From an uncultured Mycoplasmatota bacterium (GTDB lineage Bacteria > Bacillota_I > Bacilli_A > RF39 > UBA660), in contig URIY01000001.1 of the NCBI GenBank assembly GCA_900547995.1, forward strand, positions 2,912 to 66,911: a DNA stretch of 64,000 nt, in the 5' to 3' direction. The position numbers were made by a program, and so were the translations under genes. The first letter of the stretch is position 1. Every line of letters starts with the position of its first letter. The notes under the pieces are model-generated. The model made no database searches, had not been told where the DNA came from, and saw only the letters and a program-made list of their open reading frames with translations. Positions 11,023-21,501 of this stretch are shown in pieces.

Positions 11023-11890
11023 CTATATTAATTACTTCAAGTATTCTATTTAAATCAGCTGTATTACTAAATGATATTTCAATCTTATGATTTCTAACCT
11101 TAACTTTAGAATCAAGTTTTTCACTCATTAGTTCTTCAATATATTTATACTCATCATTAGAATCTTGTCTATTTATTTTTACTTTTTTTTCAATTGTTTT
11201 ATCGCTAGTTATTTTTTCTATATCTCTAACTGGCATTTTCTTTTCAACTATTTCATTTGCCAGTTTTTTAATTTCTTCTTCATCAGATAATTTACTAAGT
11301 ACCCTTGCATGTCCCATAGATATATCATTTGATACAACTAAATTTTGAACATCATCAGGTAATTTTAATAATCCTAGCATATTTGTAATATGGCTTCTAC
11401 TTTTACCTACTTTTTTAGCAAGTTCTTCTTGTGTTAAATGTAAATTATTTAACATTAATTCATATGCTTTTGCCTCTTCCATCGCATTTAAATTTTCTCT
11501 TTGTAAATTTTCAAGAAGAGCTATTTCCATCATTTGTTCATCTGTAAAAGTTCTTATGATGGCTGGAATAGTTGTTTTACCTGCTAATTTACTTGCACGA
11601 ACACGTCTTTCACCTGCAATTATTTCATAACCTTTTATGCTTTTTTTAATTATAACTGGTTGAAATACACCATGTTCTTTTATTGATTCTGCAAGTTCAT
11701 TAAGTGCATTTTCATCAAATACTTTTCTTGGTTGATATGGATTTGGTCTTAATTCATCAAGATTTACTTCAATAATTTCTTCATTAGATGCAGAATCATA
11801 AATTTGTTTTTCAATACTTTCAACATCTAAATTTTCTGTATTAAAAAGTTGTTCCAATCCACGTCCTAATGCTCTTTTTTTATTATCCAT
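11015..11890 (-). CDS. parB: chromosome partitioning protein ParB (Spo0J)
   Basis: 291 aa. ParB N-terminal motifs (NPYQPRKVFDE..., GERRVRASKLAG) and HTH (SRSHITNMLGLL); immediately downstream of soj. Confidence 0.85.
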   Translation of the reverse strand: MDNKKRALGRGLEQLFNTENLDVESIEKQIYDSASNEEIIEVNLDELRPNPYQPRKVFDENALNELAESIKEHGVFQPVIIKKSIKGYEIIAGERRVRASKLAGKTTIPAIIRTFTDEQMMEIALLENLQRENLNAMEEAKAYELMLNNLHLTQEELAKKVGKSRSHITNMLGLLKLPDDVQNLVVSNDISMGHARVLSKLSDEEEIKKLANEIVEKKMPVRDIEKITSDKTIEKKVKINRQDSNDEYKYIEELMSEKLDSKVKVRNHKIEISFSNTADLNRILEVINIGE

Positions 11891-12702
11891 TAGTTACCTC
11901 CATTTTCTTCTTTTGCGGCTCTTTCGTTTCTTTCTATAACTTCTTTAGCTAGATTTAGGTATGCTTCTGTCCCTCTGCTATGTGGGTCATACGCTAAAAT
12001 AGGTTTCCCATGACTTGGTGCTTCAGATAAGCGAACAAGTCTAGGTATAATTGTATCATAAACTCTTTCTTTAAAATAACTCTTTATATCTTCAACTACT
12101 TCTAACCCAAGGTTGGTTCTATTATCAAGCATAGTTAAAAGAACGCCTTCTATATCAAGAGTTGGATTTAAACTCTTTTGAGCAAGCATTATTGTACTAA
12201 GTAGTTGCATTATTCCTTCCAACGCAAAAAATTCACATTGTACTGGAATTATTACTGAATCTGATGCTGTTAAAGCATTTGTAGTTAATACTCCAAGTGA
12301 TGGTGGACAATCAATGATCACAAAATCAAACATATCACGAGCTTGATCTAAATATTTTTTTAGCTGACCACCCTTTACAAATCCAGGTTCATTTCTACTT
12401 TTTTCCATTAATTCTATATCAGCACCTGCTAAATTAATAGTTGCAGGAAGTACATAAAGATTTTTAAATTTAGTCTTAATCATAACTTCTTTTAATGTAG
12501 CATTATCTATCAATAAATCATATACACTTTTACTAATATCTGCCTTGTTTATACCAATTCCTGTTGTTGTATTACCTTGTGGATCTAAATCTACTAATAA
12601 TACTTTCTTTTTTAATACTCCAAGTGAGGCTGCCAAATTAATGCTAGAAGTAGTTTTACCAACTCCACCCTTTTGATTTACTAATGAAATAATTTTTCCC
12701 AT
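11890..12702 (-). CDS. soj: chromosome partitioning ATPase ParA (Soj)
   Basis: 270 aa. Deviant Walker A KGGVGKTT and ParA/MinD fold motifs. Confidence 0.9.
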   Translation of the reverse strand: MGKIISLVNQKGGVGKTTSSINLAASLGVLKKKVLLVDLDPQGNTTTGIGINKADISKSVYDLLIDNATLKEVMIKTKFKNLYVLPATINLAGADIELMEKSRNEPGFVKGGQLKKYLDQARDMFDFVIIDCPPSLGVLTTNALTASDSVIIPVQCEFFALEGIMQLLSTIMLAQKSLNPTLDIEGVLLTMLDNRTNLGLEVVEDIKSYFKERVYDTIIPRLVRLSEAPSHGKPILAYDPHSRGTEAYLNLAKEVIERNERAAKEENGGN

Positions 12703-12869
12703 ACAACATTCACTCCTAATTTTCTATCTATATTATATAATATCATATTTTGAGATATAAATCTATTAATTTTTTATTTCATCTATAATTTTAAAAAAGG
12801 AAGAAATTAATTTTTCTCCCTTTACTAATTATAAATTGTTTTATTAAATTCTATAATTTAACAATTAGA

Positions 12870-13208
12870 TTATTTTTTTAAGCATTTTGTTTTTTCTTTT
12901 GAATCATTCTCTTCCGCTTCTGCTTTATTTCTTCTATTATACAATTCAACTAATTTTTTGTTTTCTTTTACTTGCACACGTAATGATGCAACTGTCATTA
13001 CTGATATAAATGCTAATCCAACAATAGAACCAATATTATCTAAAGAAGCAAGCGCATAACCACCAAGCGATGCACCAAGCGTAGTAACAGAAGTTGCAAC
13101 GCTAAACTTCATAAGACACCTGCTAAACTCAACACTTTCCTGAGCCTTTTTTTGCTCTAATTCATTAATTGGTTCTTCAACACTTGTAATCTTATATTTT
13201 TTTTCCAT
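12870..13208 (-). CDS. small membrane protein, paralog 1 of a tandem family (conserved N- and C-termini, divergent hydrophobic core)
   Basis: MEKKYKITSVEEPINELEQKKAQES...hydrophobic core...EENDSKEKTKCLKK; a paralog of 13389..13742 and 14116..14439. Confidence 0.5.
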   Translation of the reverse strand: MEKKYKITSVEEPINELEQKKAQESVEFSRCLMKFSVATSVTTLGASLGGYALASLDNIGSIVGLAFISVMTVASLRVQVKENKKLVELYNRRNKAEAEENDSKEKTKCLKK

Positions 13209-13388
13209 TTTATTTCCACCATCTTTTTATGGCACATACTCTATCATAAAATTTTCATCTTGTCAATACTTTTATTTTTTGTATAATAAAAGCATGAATT
13301 TTAAAAACTCATGCACTTATCATATTTTTTACCAATTCTCTATTTATTGTAAATTTATTCTATTAAATTCTATAATTTAACAATTAGA

Positions 13389-13742
13389 TTATTTTTTTAA
13401 GCATTTTGTTTTTTCTTTTGAATCATTCTCTTCTGCTTCATCTTCTTTTGTTTCTCTCTCATCATATAAATTAAATAAATCTTGTGATGCTTGATCATTT
13501 AAACCTGAACATATCATTGATATTCCAAAGAAAAAAGCTGCAGCAATATAAAAATTTTGATTCTCCGTAAAAGCAGCAGTAATAATAGAATCTGCCATCA
13601 CTACGCTAGAAATTAGAGTAAATGAAGATGTAAGAGATAATTTTATAAGTGTCTTTGCAAATTTCTTACTCTCTTTAGCCCTTTTTTCTTCTAACTCATT
13701 AACTGGTTCTTCAACACCTGTAATCTTATATTTCTTTTCCAT
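13389..13742 (-). CDS. small membrane protein, paralog 2 of the tandem family
   Basis: MEKKYKITGVEEPVNELEEKRAKESKKF...EENDSKEKTKCLKK; flanking DNA is near-identical to that of paralog 1. Confidence 0.5.
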   Translation of the reverse strand: MEKKYKITGVEEPVNELEEKRAKESKKFAKTLIKLSLTSSFTLISSVVMADSIITAAFTENQNFYIAAAFFFGISMICSGLNDQASQDLFNLYDERETKEDEAEENDSKEKTKCLKK

Positions 13743-13894
13743 TTTATTTTCCCCCTCTTTTTATGTCACATACTCTATCATAAAATTTTCATTTTGTCAA
13801 TGCTTTTATTATAAAAATAAAAGCTTTTATAAAAAAATAAAAGCATGAATTTTAAAAACTCATGCACTTGTCATATTTTTTACTAATTTTTTAT

Positions 13895-14119
13895 TTATTG
13901 TGAAATTGCTTTATTAAATTCTATAATTAATTGACCAAATAAATTAGTATCACTAACAACTGTTATTTCATCATTTTCTATTTCACCAATAATAAAATCT
14001 TTATAGTCATCTAATCCTGATAAATAAACATATTTTTTACCTTCAAACATTATTGAACTAACAAAAACATATTTTTTATTATTACCAAGAGTAACAATTA
14101 AATCTTTTTCTTTATTCAT
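13895..14119 (-). CDS. DUF1292-like small protein
   Basis: 74 aa, ...EGKKYVYLSGLDD...EITVV... pattern typical of DUF1292. 4-nt ATGA overlap with paralog 3 upstream, suggesting co-transcription. Confidence 0.45.
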   Translation of the reverse strand: MNKEKDLIVTLGNNKKYVFVSSIMFEGKKYVYLSGLDDYKDFIIGEIENDEITVVSDTNLFGQLIIEFNKAISQ

Positions 14120-14439
14120 TTTGTTTTTCCTTCCATATCATTTTTATTTTCATCTTCTTCTACTTCATCTTCTTTTGTTTCTCTTTTATTATACATATCA
14201 ATTAAAGTACCTGCATGAAAAGTTGTACATAGTGTAGATAGCGATGCCATTATACCCAAAAATATTGCAGCAGCACGCATATTAGAATTATTCAACATTG
14301 AATTAAACAATATAGTATTACCAGATGAAACAACTGTTGCTAGAAGTGTCATTACAAACTTTTTATTCTCCTTAACTCTTTTTTTTAATAATTCATTAGA
14401 TGGTTCTTCTATACTTTTAACTTTATATTTTTCATCCAT
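14116..14439 (-). CDS. small membrane protein, paralog 3 of the tandem family
   Basis: MDEKYKVKSIEEPSNELLKKRVKENKKF...YNKRETKEDEVEED...; same architecture as paralogs 1 and 2. Confidence 0.5.
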   Translation of the reverse strand: MDEKYKVKSIEEPSNELLKKRVKENKKFVMTLLATVVSSGNTILFNSMLNNSNMRAAAIFLGIMASLSTLCTTFHAGTLIDMYNKRETKEDEVEEDENKNDMEGKTK

Positions 14440-14472
14440 AAAATCAACTCCCTACATACATAATAACATAAT

Positions 14473-14495
14473 CTAAACAAAAAAGGAAGAAATTT
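14473..14495 (-). terminator. rho-independent terminator downstream of ftsH
   Basis: GGAAGAAA-(6 nt)-TTTCTTCC hairpin (8-bp stem, 6-nt loop) followed on the transcribed strand by a T-run (TTTTTTG). Confidence 0.55.
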
Positions 14496-16476
14496 ATTTT
14501 TCTTCCAATTCTTTAATTAATTCTTCTTTAGTCATTTTTGAATAACCTTTAATTTCTTTTTCTTTAGCCATTTCACGAAGTTCAGTTAAAGTAAGATCTT
14601 CTAAAGATAATTCTTTTATTTCTTCTTTTTCAACTTCTTCATCAGGCATATGTCCATGTTCAACTAAATAATCAATTTGTTCTTTTGTAATTGTTTCTCT
14701 TTCAAGAAGAGTATTTGCGATTAAATCTAATAAATCTTTATTTTCAGAAATAATTTTTTGTGTTACTTTATAACATTCATCAATTATTTTACGCATCTCT
14801 TCATCAATCTCAAAAGCAACTTGACTAGAGAATATTTGACGTTTATTGTAATCTCTTCCTAAGAAAACACTACCTTCTTGTTGTTCAAATTGAACAGGTC
14901 CAAGTGAACTCATACCATATTCTGTTACCATAGCGCGAGCAATTTTAGTTGCTTTTTCAAAGTCATTATGTGCTCCTGTTGTTACCTCATGGAACATAAA
15001 TTCTTCAGCAACTCTACCACCTAATAGTCCACTAATTGTTTGTAGCAATTCTGTTTTAGTTTGTAAATATGTTTCTTCTTTTGGAAGCATTAAATTATAG
15101 CCACCAGCCATTCCTCTTGGAATGATAGTGATTTTTTGAACATCATTTGCTCCCTCAAGTTTTAAGCCAACAACAGCATGACCAGCTTCATGATAAGCAA
15201 CTGTTCTCTTTTCTTTTTCAGTATATTTATGACTCTTTTTAGCAGGACCCATTAATACTCTATCATGAGCTTCATCAAGTTCGGCCATAGTAATAACTTC
15301 TTTACCTCTTCTAACAGCAAGTAAGGCAGCTTCATTAAGTAAGTTTTCTAGGTCTGCTCCACTAAATCCTACTGTTCTTTTAGCAATATTTTCAAGGGTA
15401 ATTCCTTTAGCAAACTTTTTATTTCTAGCATGTACTTCAAGTATTTCTTTACGACCATTTTGGTCAGGTAAATTAACTTGTACTTGACGGTCAAAACGTC
15501 CTGGTCTAAGTAAGGCTGGGTCTAGAACGTCTGGTCTATTAGTTGCAGCAATAATTATGATTCCCTCATTAGCACCAAAACCATCCATTTCTGTTAATAA
15601 TTGATTTAGGGTTTGTTCACGTTCATCGTGTCCTCCACCAAGACCTGCGCCTCTTTGACGTCCAACAGCATCTATTTCATCAATAAATATTAAACAAGGT
15701 GCATTATGTTTTGCTTGTTTGAACATGTCTCTTACACGACTTGCTCCAACACCAACAAATAACTCAACGAAGTCTGAACCACTTATAAAATAGAACGGAA
15801 CATTTGCTTCACCAGCAACAGCTCTTGCAAGAAGTGTTTTACCTGTTCCTGGAGGACCAACTAACAATACTCCCTTTGGAATTCTTGCACCAAGTTTTTG
15901 AAATTTCTTTGGATTTTTCAAGAAATCAATTAATTCTTGAACTTCTTCTTTTTCCTCAGTTAATCCAGCAACATCTTTAAATGTTACTTTCTTACTATCT
16001 TCACTTAAACGAGCACGTGATTTTCCAAAATCCATAGATTTATTGGCTGTACCCATTTGTCTTGTTATAAAGAAGAAGGCAAAACCAATAAGTAGTACCA
16101 TTGGTAATACATTTATAACAAATAGTAAAAAGGTACTTGATTCTGGATCAGTTGATGTATTAATAACAAATGCATAATTGTCACTTGCTGTTAATACTTG
16201 TGTCATTACTTCTTCAGCAAGTGGTGCTCTAAAGAAGAATGATTCATTTTCTTCATATCCCTTTAGTTTTCCTTTTATTTCATATACACTTGCTCTACTT
16301 CTTGGTGTTATAGTTACTTCTGTAACTTTACCTTCAGCAACATCCTTCATAAATTCATCATATGTAATAACATTTACTTTGCTATTCATAGAATTTAAGA
16401 AGAACATTACACCTATAAGTATAAGAAATAAAAACAAGTATGGTAATAATCCTCTTTTGATGTTTTTCTTATTCAT
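14494..16476 (-). CDS. ftsH: ATP-dependent zinc metalloprotease FtsH with C-terminal Rho_N-like extension
   Basis: 660 aa. AAA Walker [18 protein letters not shown] zinc motif. C-terminal ...[30 protein letters not shown] resembles the Rho termination factor N-terminal (Rho_N) motif. Confidence 0.9.
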   Translation of the reverse strand: MNKKNIKRGLLPYLFLFLILIGVMFFLNSMNSKVNVITYDEFMKDVAEGKVTEVTITPRSRASVYEIKGKLKGYEENESFFFRAPLAEEVMTQVLTASDNYAFVINTSTDPESSTFLLFVINVLPMVLLIGFAFFFITRQMGTANKSMDFGKSRARLSEDSKKVTFKDVAGLTEEKEEVQELIDFLKNPKKFQKLGARIPKGVLLVGPPGTGKTLLARAVAGEANVPFYFISGSDFVELFVGVGASRVRDMFKQAKHNAPCLIFIDEIDAVGRQRGAGLGGGHDEREQTLNQLLTEMDGFGANEGIIIIAATNRPDVLDPALLRPGRFDRQVQVNLPDQNGRKEILEVHARNKKFAKGITLENIAKRTVGFSGADLENLLNEAALLAVRRGKEVITMAELDEAHDRVLMGPAKKSHKYTEKEKRTVAYHEAGHAVVGLKLEGANDVQKITIIPRGMAGGYNLMLPKEETYLQTKTELLQTISGLLGGRVAEEFMFHEVTTGAHNDFEKATKIARAMVTEYGMSSLGPVQFEQQEGSVFLGRDYNKRQIFSSQVAFEIDEEMRKIIDECYKVTQKIISENKDLLDLIANTLLERETITKEQIDYLVEHGHMPDEEVEKEEIKELSLEDLTLTELREMAKEKEIKGYSKMTKEELIKELEEK

Positions 16477-16486
16477 AAATTCCTCC

Positions 16487-17812
16487 CTAATAATACTTTA
16501 GTATTATATCATACTTTTCATCTTTTGTTTTGTCAAATTTCGATTTTTTCAAATCTGGTATCCAAACTATAGTTCCTGCTGAATCTACAACAACAGGCCA
16601 TGTATCACGTTCTGACATTGGTATTTTATCATCAATAAATATGTCATTAACTTTTTTTCTACCAAGCATTCCCTTAACACTTATTTTATCACCGTTATTT
16701 CTGTTTCTTACAATAAGTGGCAATTTAAGTTCTGATGATAAAAGTCTACATACACTATTATTTGTAATAGAACTTCTTTTTACTACTTCTATATTTTTAC
16801 CATTTGGTAGATTAGCAAACTCATTTAGTTCAATTTCATATTCATTTGTACCCTGTTCTTCTTTAACAAGTGTACATACATTATACTCTTTCAATGCTAT
16901 TACATTATTAGGTAAATGTATTTGTAAATTAGCCTTTTTAGACATAATTAAATTATATAAAAGTTCAGCATGTTTATCTGTAACAAGCATTAAGTCATCT
17001 TGATAGATATGCTCCAATATATAATATATTATTTTCATTTGGATAACATGATCTTCCTTAGAGAACTCTTCTATATTTAGAACATTCTGTGGATATATTT
17101 TTTTAATTTTTTTCGATACCACTTTATCAATATAATCACTATATTCTATTAATGTCTTACTAAATTTATAGAATTTTTGATGTACATTTGGATCTTCCTT
17201 TTTAAATTCTGGAACTATATATTTTCTAAATCTATTTCTTGTATACACATCTTTCTCATTTGACTTATCTAACACAAAAGGAATTTTGTTCCTTTTATCA
17301 TAATCATATAAGTCTTTTTTAGTTACGTCAATTAATGGTCTTAAAATTACATAATTTCCCATATTAACAATTTTTCCAAAACCACTGTATCCTCTTAAAG
17401 TAGACCCTCTTACAATACGCATTAATATTGTTTCCATTAAATCATCACCATGATGAGCTGTAAATAAATATCTTGCTTTATATTTTTTTAATAGTTCTCC
17501 AAAGTATGTATATCTTTTACTACGTGCTTCATTATGAAAATTATCATCACCATAATCTTCAATTTTCATAAATTCAAATATAACACTATTCTTATGGCAA
17601 TAATTTTCAACAAATATTTTTTCTTCACTACTTTCGGCTCTCACATTATGATTTACATGAGCACATACTATTCTAATATCTAACTCTTTTCTAACTTCCA
17701 TTAATAAGTGTAGTAATGCCATTGAGTCTGGTCCACCTGATACACCAACAACAACTGTTTCCCCATAATGTAAATCAATATTATTTTTAATAAAATTTAT
17801 TACTTTATCCAT
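16487..17812 (-). CDS. tilS: tRNA(Ile)-lysidine synthetase TilS (probable start at MDKVINF)
   Basis: PP-loop motif VGVSGGPDSMALL; TilS length and C-terminal domain; canonical tilS-ftsH arrangement. Confidence 0.8.
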   Translation of the reverse strand: MDKVINFIKNNIDLHYGETVVVGVSGGPDSMALLHLLMEVRKELDIRIVCAHVNHNVRAESSEEKIFVENYCHKNSVIFEFMKIEDYGDDNFHNEARSKRYTYFGELLKKYKARYLFTAHHGDDLMETILMRIVRGSTLRGYSGFGKIVNMGNYVILRPLIDVTKKDLYDYDKRNKIPFVLDKSNEKDVYTRNRFRKYIVPEFKKEDPNVHQKFYKFSKTLIEYSDYIDKVVSKKIKKIYPQNVLNIEEFSKEDHVIQMKIIYYILEHIYQDDLMLVTDKHAELLYNLIMSKKANLQIHLPNNVIALKEYNVCTLVKEEQGTNEYEIELNEFANLPNGKNIEVVKRSSITNNSVCRLLSSELKLPLIVRNRNNGDKISVKGMLGRKKVNDIFIDDKIPMSERDTWPVVVDSAGTIVWIPDLKKSKFDKTKDEKYDIILKYY

Positions 17813-17831
17813 AAATATTCCTTCTTTTCTT

Positions 17832-18482
17832 TTACCACTTAATCTCTTCCTCACCATATTGCTTTAAAAAAGCATTACATTTAGAAAAAGGTTTACTCCC
17901 AAAAAATCCCCGAGATGCAGATAATGGTGATGGATGAGCACTTTCAATAATTAAATGCCTTTTATTGGTTATTAATTCTTTTTTAGATCTAGCATATGAA
18001 CCCCATAGTATAAAAACTACTGGCTTTTCTCTATCATTTAAATACTTAATAATATTATCAGTAAATATTTCCCAACCTCTACTTTTATGAGATAGTGGTT
18101 TATCTTTTATAACTGTCATAATAGAGTTAAGTAATAATACCCCTTGTTTTGCCCAATCGCTAAGATTATTATTAGTTCTCTTTACGCCTAAATCACTATA
18201 TAATTCTTTAAAGATATTGTCAAGTGAGGGTGGTCTTCTTACACCTTCTAATACCGAAAAAGATAATCCATGAGCCTCATTTTCACCATGATAAGGATCT
18301 TGTCCTAAAATAACAACCTTAACATCATCATAATCTGTATATCTTAAAGCATTAAATATGTTTTCATATCTAGGATATACTATTTTTGTTTGGTATTCTC
18401 CTTTGACAAATAAACCAAGTTTCTTAAAATATTCACTATTATATTCATTTTTAAGGACTATATCCCAACTTTTGTTTATCAA
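17832..18482 (-). CDS. ung: uracil-DNA glycosylase (family 1)
   Basis: 216 aa. KVVILGQDPYHG...HGLSFSV and HPSPLS motifs. Confidence 0.85.
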   Translation of the reverse strand: MINKSWDIVLKNEYNSEYFKKLGLFVKGEYQTKIVYPRYENIFNALRYTDYDDVKVVILGQDPYHGENEAHGLSFSVLEGVRRPPSLDNIFKELYSDLGVKRTNNNLSDWAKQGVLLLNSIMTVIKDKPLSHKSRGWEIFTDNIIKYLNDREKPVVFILWGSYARSKKELITNKRHLIIESAHPSPLSASRGFFGSKPFSKCNAFLKQYGEEEIKW

Positions 18483-18564
18483 CTATCATCACAACCTACA
18501 TATTATTTTAACATAACTTAACCATTTTTGACAACGATAATACTGTAAATAAAAAAAGAAATGC

Positions 18565-19881
18565 TTATTTCTTCAAACTTTTATCTAAACTTGTTTTTAT
18601 ATCATATCTTAGCTTAAGTAAACCATATATATTTATAATAGCCAAAAAAGCAATTAAAAAATCTACTATAACCCATAGAGTTTTAGATGACATAATTGAT
18701 CCTAAAAAAAGAATTATTATTGTTAAAATCTTTAACATAAATAAAAGTGTTTTATGTGGTTTTTCAAAAAAGTATTTTAGAGATGTCTCTCCATAATAAT
18801 AACCCGTTATAACCGTAGAAAAAGAAAATAGAATAATAGAAATAAGCATTATAAATAAACCTATATTACCTAAATAATCTTTAAATATATTTTGTACTAT
18901 TTCAATACCATTTACATTTACATAATTTATATTATTTAAGTCAATAAGCATTACAACAAAGGCTGTAAATGTACAAATAAGCATAGATACATATATACCT
19001 ATTACTTGTATATATCCTTGCTTTACAGAATCATTATCACTCGTTGCCGAAGAAGCAATACTACCTGTTCCTAATCCTGCTTCATTAGAAAAAATTCCAC
19101 GCTGCAATCCTATAATAAAAGTTGGAATAAAGCCACTAAAAAAAGATTTAAAATTGAATGCGGATACTACAATTTTTTCTAAAATATCTGGTAAATAGTT
19201 AATATTCATACATAAAATAATTAGACATGATAATAAATATAAAATAGCCATAAATGGGATCATTTTGCCACTTACCATAAGTATTTTTTTGATACCACCA
19301 AAAATGATAAAACAAGTTATTATACATATAATAATTCCGATAATATATGGTTCTATTATAATAACCTCATTTACTGATCTTGTTATTGTATTAGATTGTA
19401 TACTGATAAAACCTCCAACATAACTAATTAAAATAATAATTGCATAAATACTTCCAAATAATTTATTATGACAGCCATATTTTAAATAATAACTAGGTCC
19501 CCCTTTATATACACCATCTACTTCTTTTTGTTTATAAAGATTTCCAAGTACTGTTTCACTAAAAGTATTTGAGGCCGTTAAAAAAGACATAATCCACATC
19601 CAAAAAATAGTACCTGGTCCACCTAAATATATAGCAAGAGCAATACCAGCAATACTACCTACCCCTATTCTGCCACCTAGGGATAGCATTAATGTTTGTA
19701 TAGGGCTTATACCATTATTTTTATGCTTATTTTGAAATAAACTTTTAAACATTTTTTTAAACTTAAATTGAACAAAATCTAATTTATATGTAAAGTAAAT
19801 ACTTGATATTAATATTAAAGTAGTTGCGACTGCCCAAACTATATTATTAATTATTGTAAACATATGATCACCAAAAAACAT
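18565..19881 (-). CDS. sodium:alanine symporter (AGCS) family transporter
   Basis: 438 aa polytopic membrane protein with the AGCS signature GGPGTIFWMW. Confidence 0.7.
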   Translation of the reverse strand: MFFGDHMFTIINNIVWAVATTLILISSIYFTYKLDFVQFKFKKMFKSLFQNKHKNNGISPIQTLMLSLGGRIGVGSIAGIALAIYLGGPGTIFWMWIMSFLTASNTFSETVLGNLYKQKEVDGVYKGGPSYYLKYGCHNKLFGSIYAIIILISYVGGFISIQSNTITRSVNEVIIIEPYIIGIIICIITCFIIFGGIKKILMVSGKMIPFMAILYLLSCLIILCMNINYLPDILEKIVVSAFNFKSFFSGFIPTFIIGLQRGIFSNEAGLGTGSIASSATSDNDSVKQGYIQVIGIYVSMLICTFTAFVVMLIDLNNINYVNVNGIEIVQNIFKDYLGNIGLFIMLISIILFSFSTVITGYYYGETSLKYFFEKPHKTLLFMLKILTIIILFLGSIMSSKTLWVIVDFLIAFLAIINIYGLLKLRYDIKTSLDKSLKK

Positions 19882-19915
19882 TTTAAAACTTATTTGTGTC
19901 TTAAAATGTCTTTTT

Positions 19916-20737
19916 TTATAAATTATTAGATATTTCTATAAATACATCTATTGGTATTTGTTCAGCTCTTGATTGAAGAGAAAAACCATTTTTTTCTAAT
20001 ATTAAACTTACTTTATCTAAATCATAATCTTTTAAATTATTTCTTAATGTTTTTCTTTTTTGTGTAAAACTTTTCTTTATTAATTCAAAAAACTTTTCTT
20101 CATTTATGACATTATATTTACTAGTCTTTTTATCCATTTCAATAACAATACTGTCTACATTAGGTTTAGGCATAAATACATGTCTACTTACATCCATTAT
20201 TTTCTTAATATCAAAGTAATAATTTAGGAAAATAGACAAAGAGTTATAATCTTTAGATCCTTCTTTAGCCTTAAATCTATCCCCGACCTCTTTTTGTACC
20301 ATAATAATTATTTTATCAACATTTATTTTATCTTCAATAAATTTCATAATAATTGGTGTAGTAATATAATATGGTAAATTAGCAACAACATATATTTTAT
20401 TATAGTTAAATTCTTTAATTTTTTCCTTTACATTTGCCTTTAAGAAATCTTCAAAAATAATAGATACATTATCATTATTTTCAAGTACCTTATCAAGAAT
20501 AGGTTTTAATGTCTTATCTACCTCGTAGCAAAGAACATAACCAGCCTTTTTTACTAAAGCAGTTGTAAGTGATCCAGCACCTGGACCTATTTCAATTACA
20601 AGAGTATCTTTATCAATATCGGCTTTTGATATTATACCATTTATGATATTCTCATCAATAATAAAATTTTGTCCATATTTCTTTTTAAAATCAAAATTAA
20701 ATTCATCTTTTATTTGTTTTATTTCTTTTAGTTGCAT
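19916..20737 (-). CDS. rsmA: 16S rRNA (adenine1518/1519-N6) dimethyltransferase RsmA/KsgA
   Basis: 273 aa. SAM-binding motif EIGPGAGSLT and KsgA family length; adjacent to tatD. Confidence 0.85.
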   Translation of the reverse strand: MQLKEIKQIKDEFNFDFKKKYGQNFIIDENIINGIISKADIDKDTLVIEIGPGAGSLTTALVKKAGYVLCYEVDKTLKPILDKVLENNDNVSIIFEDFLKANVKEKIKEFNYNKIYVVANLPYYITTPIIMKFIEDKINVDKIIIMVQKEVGDRFKAKEGSKDYNSLSIFLNYYFDIKKIMDVSRHVFMPKPNVDSIVIEMDKKTSKYNVINEEKFFELIKKSFTQKRKTLRNNLKDYDLDKVSLILEKNGFSLQSRAEQIPIDVFIEISNNL

Positions 20738-21498
20738 ACGCTTTCACCTATTCCATACTGTTCTAAACTATTTTTTGTTGTTATTTTAATAACATCTTCT
20801 TCACGCATATTTTTAAGTTCGGCAATTTTTTTAGCAACCAAATAAACATTTTTAGGTTCATTTTTAGTTCCACGTAAAGGTTCTGGTGCAAGATATGGAC
20901 TATCTGTTTCAAGCACAATATTGTGTAAATCAATGTCTTGAATTACTTCTTTGACCTTACGACTATTTTTAAAAGTTACCACTCCACCAATACCTAGTTT
21001 ACATCCTTTTTCAATAAATCTTTTAGCCATCTCCAAACTTTCAGAAAAACAATGAATTGTTATTTTATTGTTAAAAGCTTTTGTTTCTTCTAAAATATTA
21101 TATGTATCGTTAATTGAATCCCTTGTATGAATAATTATTGGCATATGATATTTTTTAGCAAGTTCTACTTGTTTTATCATTAATTCTTTCTGACTATCTT
21201 TATTGTAACCTTCATAATGGTAATCAAGACCAAATTCTCCAATACCAACAATCTTAGAATTACCTAAATTTTTTTCAATATACCTTAAATCTTCATCTTT
21301 ATAAGTATCGGCATATTCAGGATGAATACCAAGTGTTCCATAAATATTATCATGAGTGTTAACTATATTTACAACTTCTTTATTTGTTTTATTATCAACA
21401 CCACTTATAATCATAATATTTCCTTCAAAATTTTTGATTACTTGTTCTATATCATCATAATCTGCAAGCCCTAAATGGCAATGTGTATCTATGATCAT
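20728..21498 (-). CDS. tatD: TatD-family metal-dependent DNase/hydrolase
   Basis: 256 aa. MIIDTHCHL N-terminus and ...IGEFGLDYH... motifs of TatD. Confidence 0.8.
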   Translation of the reverse strand: MIIDTHCHLGLADYDDIEQVIKNFEGNIMIISGVDNKTNKEVVNIVNTHDNIYGTLGIHPEYADTYKDEDLRYIEKNLGNSKIVGIGEFGLDYHYEGYNKDSQKELMIKQVELAKKYHMPIIIHTRDSINDTYNILEETKAFNNKITIHCFSESLEMAKRFIEKGCKLGIGGVVTFKNSRKVKEVIQDIDLHNIVLETDSPYLAPEPLRGTKNEPKNVYLVAKKIAELKNMREEDVIKITTKNSLEQYGIGESVCN

Positions 21499-21501
21499 AA
21501 C

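Noticed and set aside
16178-17003. Two plus-strand ORFs (16178..16501, 16530..17003)
   Set aside because: Antisense to ftsH and tilS respectively; Ser/Leu/Phe-rich products typical of the reverse frame of AT-rich genes.
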